Positions 1 through 7,354 of a DNA stretch of 60,071 nucleotides are shown one piece after another. This DNA comes from Massilibacillus sp. (GTDB taxonomy: Bacteria > Bacillota > Negativicutes > JARBTT01). Each line of letters opens with the position of its first letter. The first letter of the stretch is position 1. The translations under genes and the position numbers were made by a program. Below the pieces are notes generated by a model. The model worked only from the letters and a program-made list of their open reading frames with translations, was not told the DNA's origin and ran no database searches. The stretch covers positions 1 through 60,071 of the forward strand of contig JARBTT010000001.1 of NCBI GenBank assembly GCA_029240055.1, read 5' to 3'.

Positions 1-87
1 TAGCATAAACATAAATGAATGTTATGTTTATGCCCGTAAATATAAATATTGTCATTAAATTGTCATACGAAAATGGTATATTCTAAC

Positions 88-120
88 TATAGTTAATCCT
101 ATGAATAATGATTAACTATA
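88..120. promoter_or_regulatory. Inverted repeat TATAGTTAATC-N11-GATTAACTATA upstream of small membrane-protein gene (candidate operator or 5' UTR hairpin)
   Basis: Perfect 11-bp arms read directly at 88-98 and 110-120, about 35 nt upstream of the ATG at 154. Confidence 0.3.
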
Positions 121-153
121 ATTTAAAAAGATATATTGGAGGATTGAAATAGT

Positions 154-399
154 ATGACAAAAGTAATGAAAAATTATTGGGTGGATATTATCTTGTTAAT
201 TTCTGGCGTGGTATGTCTAGGTACGGGCTATGCCATTGATTTTCATCTTGCGAGCACAAGAGAAGTAGGTATGCTGGTGAAAAAAATGCATATTTGGACT
301 GGATATATCATGACCATAGCAATACTCCTTCATGTTATATTGCATATGAGTTGGCTTAAAAACGTAACGTGTAAAAATTTTTCGTCCCCAGAAAACTAA
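154..399 (+). CDS. Small two-TM membrane protein with conserved His residues (DUF4405-like)
   Basis: 81-aa ORF preceded by GGAGG (139-143). Two hydrophobic helices and an H..H pattern (HIWTGY...LLHVILH). Confidence 0.55.
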   Translation: MTKVMKNYWVDIILLISGVVCLGTGYAIDFHLASTREVGMLVKKMHIWTGYIMTIAILLHVILHMSWLKNVTCKNFSSPEN

Positions 400-436
400 T
401 ACCTATAAAATTTTATACAAAAAAGCCGTATAGATA

Positions 437-465
437 TTGATTTAAATGCCAAATAGAGTTATTAT
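437..465 (+). promoter_or_regulatory. sigma70-type promoter of htpG (TTGATT-17-TATTAT)
   Basis: -35 at 437-442 and -10 at 460-465 with a 17-nt spacer, immediately upstream of the CIRCE element. Confidence 0.6.
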
Positions 466-476
466 TATCAATAGGG

Positions 477-503
477 TTAGCACTCACGAACATAGAGTGC
501 TAA
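477..503. promoter_or_regulatory. CIRCE operator (HrcA binding site)
   Basis: TTAGCACTC-ACGAACATA-GAGTGCTAA is an exact match to the consensus TTAGCACTC-N9-GAGTGCTAA. Confidence 0.9.
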
Positions 504-538
504 CAATGAAAAATAACGAAGGCAAAGGGGTTTATAGA

Positions 539-2476
539 ATGGCAAAAGAAATGCGCGAGTTTCAAGCAGAAACGAAACAATTATTGGACTTAATGGTTCA
601 TTCAATTTATACGAATCGTGAGATCTTTTTACGGGAATTGGTATCCAATGCATCGGATGCAATTGATAAAATTCGTTTCGAATCACTTACCAATCAAGAA
701 TTATTAGAAGGTAAATCTGACTTTGAAATTTACTTAGTTCCTGATGAAGAAAGCCATACGTTAACAATTTCTGATAATGGGATTGGGATGACTTACGATG
801 AAGTTATCGAAAATGTTGGTACAATTGCAAAATCGGGTACAAAATCATTTTTAGAAAAGTTAAAGGAACAAAAAGAATCGGTTTCTGATAAAGAATTGAT
901 CGGTCAATTTGGTGTTGGTTTTTATTCTGCTTTCATGGTTGCAGAAAAAGTAACGCTGATTACGCGTAAAGCTGGCGAAAGCAAAGGGGTTATATGGGAA
1001 TCTACTGGAGACGGCAGCTATAGCATTGAAGAAACAGAAAAAGCTGATCGTGGAACGACGATTATTTTGACATTATTACCAGAATTCTTTGGTGAAAAGG
1101 CCGAAGAAAACTTCTTGCAAACTTATACCTTAGAAAGTTTAATTAAAAAGTATTCTGACTATGTGCGTTTTCCAATCAAAATGAATTTTGTTGTTGAAGA
1201 AGAACAAAAAGATGAAGAAGGCAAACCAATCGAAGGTGCAGAGAAAATAAAACGCAATGAAATGCGCATATTAAATTCGATGCAGCCACTTTGGACAAAA
1301 AATAAAAACGAAATTAAGCCAGAAGAATATAATGAATTTTACAAAAATCTATTCCATGAATGGGAAGAACCAATGGAAATTATCCATTCAAAAGCAGAAG
1401 GTACAGTAGAATATACAACCATTTTATTCATTCCAACGCATGCACCATATAATTTGTATCATGCAGAGTACAGTGCTGGTATTCAACTTTACTCTCGCCA
1501 TGTTTTCATCATGGAAAAATGTCAAGAATTATTACCAGATTACTTGAGATTTGTTCGTGGACTTGTGGATTCACCAGATTTCTCTTTAAATATTTCTCGT
1601 GAACTATTACAACAAAGTCGTGAACTCAAATTAATTGGTAAAAACCTTGAAAAGAACGTCTTAAAAACATTAGAAAAAATGCTCAATAAAGACCGTGAAA
1701 AATACGAAAAATTCTGGGGCGAATTTGGTAAATCCTTTAAAATTGGTGTTTACACAAACCCACAAGATAGTGCGAAATTAAAAGACTTGTTGTTATTTGC
1801 TTCTTCTAAAGAAGGTTCTAGCTTAACAAGCTTAAAAGAATATAAAGAACGTATGCCAGAAAGCCAAAAAGCAATCTACTATGCAACAGGGAAAGATCCT
1901 GCAACCATTGATCGTCTACCACAAATGGAGTTGTTACGTGAAAAAGGTATTGAAGTATTATACTTATTCGATACTGTCGATGAATTTGCGATTGAAGCAT
2001 TACGCGAATATGGCGATAAGAAATTCCAATCAGTTAGTCGTGGTGATTTAGATTTGGATGACGTAGAAGCACAAGAAGTAAAAAAAGAAACCGAAACGAT
2101 TGCCAAAGATAATGAAAGTTTAATCAAAGCAATTAAAGAAGCTTTAGAAAACAAAATTGCTGATGTGAAAATTAGTAACCGTTTAAAATCTAGTGCAGTA
2201 TGTTTGGTCAGTGATAATAATGGTATTAGTTTGTCGATGGAACAAGTTTTTGCTGAAGCAAACAATCCAATGTTTAAAGCACGCCGTATCTTAGAAATCA
2301 ATCCACATCATGAATTATTCGGACGTTTACAAACCATCTTCACGGAAGATGCTGCTTCTGATACGTTCAAAGATTATTGCGATTTACTTTATACACAAGC
2401 GTTATTAATCGAAGGGATCTTGCCGGAAGATCCAATTGCTTTTGCCAACAAAATAGCGCAATTAATGGCAAAATAA
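539..2476 (+). CDS. htpG: Molecular chaperone HtpG (Hsp90 family)
   Basis: N-terminal GHKL motif ELVSNASDAIDKIR, then DNGIGM and GQFGVGFYSAFMVA. Start moved to the ATG at 539 (MAKEMREF...) behind AAGGGG; the ORF-track start at 446 lies upstream of the CIRCE element. Confidence 0.95.
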   Translation: MAKEMREFQAETKQLLDLMVHSIYTNREIFLRELVSNASDAIDKIRFESLTNQELLEGKSDFEIYLVPDEESHTLTISDNGIGMTYDEVIENVGTIAKSGTKSFLEKLKEQKESVSDKELIGQFGVGFYSAFMVAEKVTLITRKAGESKGVIWESTGDGSYSIEETEKADRGTTIILTLLPEFFGEKAEENFLQTYTLESLIKKYSDYVRFPIKMNFVVEEEQKDEEGKPIEGAEKIKRNEMRILNSMQPLWTKNKNEIKPEEYNEFYKNLFHEWEEPMEIIHSKAEGTVEYTTILFIPTHAPYNLYHAEYSAGIQLYSRHVFIMEKCQELLPDYLRFVRGLVDSPDFSLNISRELLQQSRELKLIGKNLEKNVLKTLEKMLNKDREKYEKFWGEFGKSFKIGVYTNPQDSAKLKDLLLFASSKEGSSLTSLKEYKERMPESQKAIYYATGKDPATIDRLPQMELLREKGIEVLYLFDTVDEFAIEALREYGDKKFQSVSRGDLDLDDVEAQEVKKETETIAKDNESLIKAIKEALENKIADVKISNRLKSSAVCLVSDNNGISLSMEQVFAEANNPMFKARRILEINPHHELFGRLQTIFTEDAASDTFKDYCDLLYTQALLIEGILPEDPIAFANKIAQLMAK

Positions 2477-2617
2477 AAGCTATTTAAATAAGATAGGATC
2501 ATAGTGCGTGAATTAAGTATTTTAAATGTAAAAAAAGAAAAATAAATGTAGAAAAATAAATGTAGAACAAATGAAAATCAAAGGGTTTTCAAAGAAAAGT
2601 ATAGCATAATAATAATT

Positions 2618-2763
2618 GTAGGTTGACTCATCCACGTCTAACTCACACTTAGTTAGAACAATAGGACAACCTCGGTTGTCCAAAGACTCACAACATCACA
2701 CACACACCCAAATTATTCCTACTCTAAAAAAAATCAGGGCTATCCATAGGCCCTGATTTTTTT
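2618..2763 (+). ncRNA. Candidate ORF-less small transcript (sRNA, or htpG 3' UTR-derived RNA)
   Basis: Promoter-like module with -10 CATAAT (2605-2610), an internal hairpin GGACAACC-TC-GGTTGTCC, a CA/C-rich tract CACAACATCACACACACACCC, and an intrinsic terminator at the end. No ATG-initiated ORF. Confidence 0.3.
2734..2763. terminator. Intrinsic terminator, A-tract/T-tract flanked (bidirectional form)
   Basis: TCAGGGC-tatccatag-GCCCTGA, preceded by A8 and followed by T7. Confidence 0.75.
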
Positions 2764-2915
2764 CGTGTATATATCAAAGACTAGGAGTATATTCCTAATT
2801 ATAAAAATCAAATAATATTCAAAGGAAAATCAAAGTAATTTCAAAAGAAATAATTGCATAATAGGTACTATAAATATTCGATTTAAAAATAGTTTAGACT
2901 GAAAGGCGGGCTATA

Positions 2916-3365
2916 ATGAAAGTTAGTAGAGTTTCAGCTAGTACCAATTACAGTAAGTATAGTAGTTATAGTACAGCAAGTAATGAAGCAATCATTATTC
3001 TTAGAGGAAAACAAAAAGCATCTATGCAGCATAAAAAGGAGCAATTTGCAGCAAGTGAAGATAACGATAATATAGGGGCAAATTCATCTTTAGAACAACA
3101 GATTGAGGATCTAGAAGCGAATATTTCCAAAACAATTTCATCATTAAAACTACAGGTTCAAAGATTAGAAACGAATATTTCAAGAGCAAAGCCAATAACA
3201 TACGCAACAGAGTCGAATAGTTATATTTCAAAATCGTCTAGTGAAATCGCCAATAATATTGGACCAGCCTATAGCCTGGAATTAAGTAGAAAGCAATCTA
3301 GCTATCGTTCGCTAGGATATACGACAGGTAGCCAAGTTACATATATAGCGGCTAATAATATTTGA
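2916..3365 (+). CDS. Hypothetical protein: Ser/Asn/Tyr-rich ends with a central coiled-coil segment
   Basis: 149-aa ORF with AAAGG upstream of the ATG. Preceded by a second copy of the ~40-bp promoter module found at 2574-2613. No family recognised. Confidence 0.45.
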   Translation: MKVSRVSASTNYSKYSSYSTASNEAIIILRGKQKASMQHKKEQFAASEDNDNIGANSSLEQQIEDLEANISKTISSLKLQVQRLETNISRAKPITYATESNSYISKSSSEIANNIGPAYSLELSRKQSSYRSLGYTTGSQVTYIAANNI

Positions 3366-3440
3366 ATTTGATTAATAAGTTGTTTAAATGAAAAATAAGT
3401 ATTAGGTATAGTTACTTATTGCATAGTCAAATAAAATAAT

Positions 3441-3472
3441 AAGGGGGTGCCATTTTATTTTGGCATCCCCTT
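3441..3472. terminator. Bidirectional intrinsic terminator between convergent genes
   Basis: AAGGGGGTGCCA-ttttattt-TGGCATCCCCTT with A/T runs on both sides. Confidence 0.8.
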
Positions 3473-3478
3473 ATTATT

Positions 3479-4741
3479 TTATTTTGTTGGTAATTTGATG
3501 GTGAAAGTTGTACCTTTACCTAGAGTGCTTTTTACACTAATTGCACCACCATGTTTTTCGACAATCCATTTGGCCATTGATAGCCCGAGACCAGAACCGC
3601 CTTTGTGACGAGATTCGTCAACCTGGTAGAATCGATCGAAAATCTTTTCTAGATGCTTTTTGTCAATACCTTCGCCTGTATCGGTAAGTGTGATGTAGAT
3701 GAAATCATCTTTAGCATGACATCCAGCAACCACGCTGCCGTGTTCTGGGGTATGACGGAGTGCATTGTCAATTAATATAGTAAGTACCTGTTTTAGGCGA
3801 CTAGAATCCCCTAAAGCAGTGACTGGGGAGTTTATATCTGTTGTAAGTGTGATGTTATTTCTTTTGGCTATGACTTCAAAAGGATGAACAGCATTCAAGA
3901 TCATTAGGTTTAATTGAAAGTATTCCTTTTCCATTAGCTGTTGGTTGACATCAGCCCGAGCTAAGAATAATAAGGAATTAATAAGTTCAGTCATACAGGT
4001 GGTTTCATCTTGAATATTATTGAGCCATTTTTTGTTTTCAGCAATTGTTTCATGATTTGGTGCACCTTTGATGATATCTAAGTTTGTTTGAATAATCGTA
4101 ATTGGGGTTCTAAGCTCATGAGAGGCATCAGAAACAAAATTGTTTTGCTGTTCTAATGAAGTTTGGATTGGTTTTATCGCGTGCTTTGCCATAAAGAAAC
4201 TGGCGAAAAACGATAATAAACTACAAAATAGACCTACGAGTAAGAGATGTGTTATTAGTTGATTCATATGTTCTTTTTCTTCGGATTTATCATTGAATAC
4301 AATCAGTGTATCATTTTCTTTTGGCAAATCTGTTCGTAGATAGGTAAACGGAATATCTTCAAAATCAACACTAGCATAATTATTGGGATTTGACATTACG
4401 GTATTTATTAATGTTGACAGCTGTGAATCTGTAATTGTCACACCTGTAGATTGCATTATAATACTTCCATCACTTGCTACTTTTACATAGAAAAAATAAG
4501 GCTTTGGCGGTCGTATTAAATCAGTAATTTGATCAGGATGGTCTTTGTTTTTTTGCTGGGAAGGTAATTGAAATTTTTGGTTGTACATAACCTCATTGCC
4601 TATTTTTATTAACATAAACATCGTATTTTGATTAGAAGTCATTTTGAAGAGGGCATATAAACTTACGCTTAAAATAACAAATAATGTTACGATTACGCTT
4701 ACATTGATTAATGTTAATTTCAAACGAAGTTTTTTAAACAT
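3479..4741 (-). CDS. Sensor histidine kinase (HisKA + HATPase_c, two N-terminal TM segments)
   Basis: H-box SDASHELRTPIT, N box IDNALRHTP, G boxes DTGEGI and GGSGLGLSMA. Sits 4 nt downstream of the response-regulator gene. Confidence 0.9.
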   Translation of the reverse strand: MFKKLRLKLTLINVSVIVTLFVILSVSLYALFKMTSNQNTMFMLIKIGNEVMYNQKFQLPSQQKNKDHPDQITDLIRPPKPYFFYVKVASDGSIIMQSTGVTITDSQLSTLINTVMSNPNNYASVDFEDIPFTYLRTDLPKENDTLIVFNDKSEEKEHMNQLITHLLLVGLFCSLLSFFASFFMAKHAIKPIQTSLEQQNNFVSDASHELRTPITIIQTNLDIIKGAPNHETIAENKKWLNNIQDETTCMTELINSLLFLARADVNQQLMEKEYFQLNLMILNAVHPFEVIAKRNNITLTTDINSPVTALGDSSRLKQVLTILIDNALRHTPEHGSVVAGCHAKDDFIYITLTDTGEGIDKKHLEKIFDRFYQVDESRHKGGSGLGLSMAKWIVEKHGGAISVKSTLGKGTTFTIKLPTK

Positions 4742-4744
4742 CAG

Positions 4745-5407
4745 CTAATCCTCCTCAAAACAGTAACCAATGCCACGGATGGTTTTGATATTTGATATAT
4801 TTAATTTCTTTCGTAAATAATAGATGTAGAGATCGACATTCGCAATATTCGTTTCACTATCATAGCCCCAAATTTTTTCCATAATACGTTCTTTTGTGAT
4901 AACTTGCCCCTTATTGCTCATTAAAAGTGCCAACAAAGCAGCCTCTTTTACTGTGAGCTGGAATTTTTCTTTGCCATTAATGACTTCGCCATGCAGTGTA
5001 TACAACGTGATACCTGCGGCTTCGATAACGCTTTCAGGCGCTTTCTTTTCTACACGCTTAATTAATACTTTGATTCTTGCTAGTAATTCTTCAGTAAAGA
5101 ATGGCTTGATTAAGTAGTCGTCAGCCCCAGCTTCTAGACCAGCAACACGCTCCGAAGGTGAATCTTTCGCTGTTAAGAATAAAACCGGTGTGTTGTTTTT
5201 CTCTTTACGCATTTGTTGTAATATAGATAGTCCATCTAAGTAAGGTAACATTCGATCTAAAATAATTACATCATACTCATTGTTTCTAATTTTTTCTAAA
5301 GCTTTTAAGCCATCTAAAGCAATATCGACCGTGTAACCAGCACGGCTGATTAATACAGTTAGAGATTCACTTAGCTTTACTTCATCTTCCACCAATAATA
5401 AATTCAT
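4745..5407 (-). CDS. OmpR-family response regulator
   Basis: Receiver domain (LLLVEDE, DVIILDRMLP, LTAKD) plus a winged-helix C-terminus (RGIGYCF). Start set at MNLLLVEDE (ATG at 5407) behind AAAGGA. Confidence 0.9.
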   Translation of the reverse strand: MNLLLVEDEVKLSESLTVLISRAGYTVDIALDGLKALEKIRNNEYDVIILDRMLPYLDGLSILQQMRKEKNNTPVLFLTAKDSPSERVAGLEAGADDYLIKPFFTEELLARIKVLIKRVEKKAPESVIEAAGITLYTLHGEVINGKEKFQLTVKEAALLALLMSNKGQVITKERIMEKIWGYDSETNIANVDLYIYYLRKKLNISNIKTIRGIGYCFEED

Positions 5408-5449
5408 ACAATTGAATCCTTTCAATATTTAATTTTGTATAAGAGATTA

Positions 5450-5489
5450 CTTATATGATATCATTTTACTTATAATAATATCATATAAG
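5450..5489. promoter_or_regulatory. Perfect 12-bp inverted repeat CTTATATGATAT-N16-ATATCATATAAG in a divergent promoter region
   Basis: Arms at 5450-5461 and 5478-5489. TATAAGAG is also repeated directly at 5438-5445 and 5484-5491. Lies between the TCS operon and the ywbE-like gene. Confidence 0.4.
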
Positions 5490-5569
5490 AGTATTATTGG
5501 AAGTTCATTTGTTTTTTTTGCAAAATTAAACTAAAATAGAAATAGAATGAATAAAAAATGAGGTTAATC

Positions 5570-5761
5570 ATGAACGGTACAGAAAGAAAAAATATAAAGG
5601 CTGGAACAAAAGTAAAAATCGTGCAAAAAGAGCATCAACGAACAGGTCAATTAACTGAGGGGATTGTAAAAGACATTTTAACAAGTAGTGCAATTCATTC
5701 TCGTGGAATTAAAGTTCGTTTGGTAAGCGGTATAATTGGCAGAGTACAAGAAATATTATAA
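5570..5761 (+). CDS. ywbE: YwbE-family small protein (DUF2196)
   Basis: MNGTERKNIKAGTKVKIVQKEHQRTGQLTEGIVKDILT...GIKVRL..G.IGRVQEI matches the YwbE pattern. GAGG lies 6 nt upstream of the ATG at 5570. Confidence 0.8.
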   Translation: MNGTERKNIKAGTKVKIVQKEHQRTGQLTEGIVKDILTSSAIHSRGIKVRLVSGIIGRVQEIL

Positions 5762-5782
5762 TAAAAATAAGAGGTGCATTTA

Positions 5783-7105
5783 GTGGGAAAAAAGTTTGTA
5801 GAACTTAAAATCAATGAAGACTTATGTTTGGTATTAAAACAAAATGGTATCATAGAAGCGACACCAGTACAAGAAGTAGCGATACCAGTGATTCGTAGTG
5901 GGAAAGATGTTATCGTACAAGCACAGACGGGTACAGGAAAAACGCTTGCTTTTTTGTTACCAATCATGGAAAAAATCAAAATCAATGCTCCCGTAGTTCA
6001 AGCGTTAATTGTTACGCCAACAAGGGAACTTGCACTCCAGATAACTTCGGTAGCGCAAAAAATTGGTGCTAGTATTGGTGTACGATCGTTAACTGTTTAT
6101 GGTGGACAAGCCGTTGATCGGCAAGTACAAAAGTTAGGGCAAAAGCCACATATTATTATTGGAACGCCAGGGCGTATTTTAGATTTATTGCGTCGTGAAA
6201 GATTAAGTCTTGCTGGTGTAAACAAAGTAGTGCTAGATGAAGCGGATCAAATGCTTCACATGGGATTTTTAGAAGAAGTAGAAGCCTTACTAAAACAAAC
6301 AGCAGGTGACCGTCAAACGATGTTCTTCTCAGCAACGATTCCCGAACGTATTCGTGGATTGTCCTATCATTATATGAAATCTCCACAAGATATTCATATT
6401 CAAGCTGAAAATATTACATTAGATGAAATTGAGCAAGTGATCATTGATACAAACGAAGATACGAAACTAGATCAGCTCTGTGCGATGATTAACGAATACC
6501 AACCATATCTTGCTATGGTATTTTGTCATACCAAGCAACGCGTAACTGAAGTAACGATGGAACTTGCAAGGCGCGGTTACTTAGTGGACGAATTGCATGG
6601 TGATTTAACGCAGGCGAAACGAACGCAAGTGATGCGTCGATTTAGTACGGCTAAATTACAAATTTTGGTTGCTACTGATATTGCAGCACGTGGTCTTGAT
6701 GTAGAAGGCGTAACCCATGTATTTAACTATGATATTCCCCATGATGTAGAAAGTTATATCCACCGTATCGGTAGAACCGGTCGCGCTGGGGAAAAAGGAA
6801 AGGCAATTACCTTTGTTAATGCACGGCAGCATGATTTTCTTCGTCTCATCGAACAGGGAATTAAAAATCGTATTACAAAACAAAAAGCAACGATAAAAGC
6901 AAATAAAGAGCAAGCTCCTAGACCCAAAACGGAGCAAGAAAAAGATTTAGAGCCGAAAAAAGAAAAAAGGGTTCCTTTGAGTAAATATGCAAATCGCAAA
7001 GGAACAAAACACGGCGGATCGAATAATCGCAGTCGTCGTAAACCAAAGCCAACAGGCAAAGAACAAAATAATAATACAAAAGATAAAAATAGAAAACGTA
7101 GATAA
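5783..7105 (+). CDS. DEAD-box ATP-dependent RNA helicase with a Lys/Arg-rich C-terminal tail
   Basis: Q motif (ATPVQ), AQTGTGKT, PTRELA, DEAD, SAT, HRIGRTGRAG. A GTG at 5783 behind AGAGG is preferred; a GTG at 5774 is also possible. Confidence 0.95.
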   Translation: MGKKFVELKINEDLCLVLKQNGIIEATPVQEVAIPVIRSGKDVIVQAQTGTGKTLAFLLPIMEKIKINAPVVQALIVTPTRELALQITSVAQKIGASIGVRSLTVYGGQAVDRQVQKLGQKPHIIIGTPGRILDLLRRERLSLAGVNKVVLDEADQMLHMGFLEEVEALLKQTAGDRQTMFFSATIPERIRGLSYHYMKSPQDIHIQAENITLDEIEQVIIDTNEDTKLDQLCAMINEYQPYLAMVFCHTKQRVTEVTMELARRGYLVDELHGDLTQAKRTQVMRRFSTAKLQILVATDIAARGLDVEGVTHVFNYDIPHDVESYIHRIGRTGRAGEKGKAITFVNARQHDFLRLIEQGIKNRITKQKATIKANKEQAPRPKTEQEKDLEPKKEKRVPLSKYANRKGTKHGGSNNRSRRKPKPTGKEQNNNTKDKNRKRR

Positions 7106-7166
7106 TAGACTCAACTTTCGCAGCATAGATTTGGCAAGTAAGCCTTGATATAACTGGGAAAACCGT

Positions 7167-7200
7167 TAATCAAATGCTAAAGTTGATTATTTTATTTTTT
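7167..7200 (+). terminator. Weak AT-rich intrinsic terminator after the helicase gene
   Basis: TAATCAA-N9-TTGATTA followed by a T-rich run. Confidence 0.4.
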
Positions 7201-7354
7201 GTTCTCGTCCTCGTCCTGGTTTTTGTAATCATAGAGCCGGATTTTTAATGAAGCTTGTGAATTGAATTTATAGTTAAAGAAAAAATAACAAAGTGACTAA
7301 TGTAAATAATTTTTCAACTTTTAAGGATGAGGTTTGATTAAGGAGGCAGCTTCT

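Noticed and set aside
1879-2301. 140-aa minus-strand ORF inside htpG, and similar long antisense ORFs at 11759-12223, 13109-13429, 31601-32050, 36319-36765, 48153-48599 and 54539-54895
   Set aside because: All lie fully inside confidently identified genes on the opposite strand. They have low-complexity or odd composition, no RBS and no recognisable motifs, so they are classic shadow ORFs.
2538-2565. Tandem GAAAAATAAATGTA repeats considered as a CRISPR or minisatellite array
   Set aside because: There are only two to three directly abutting 14-bp copies with no spacers. This is more consistent with a regulator binding site or slippage in AT-rich DNA.
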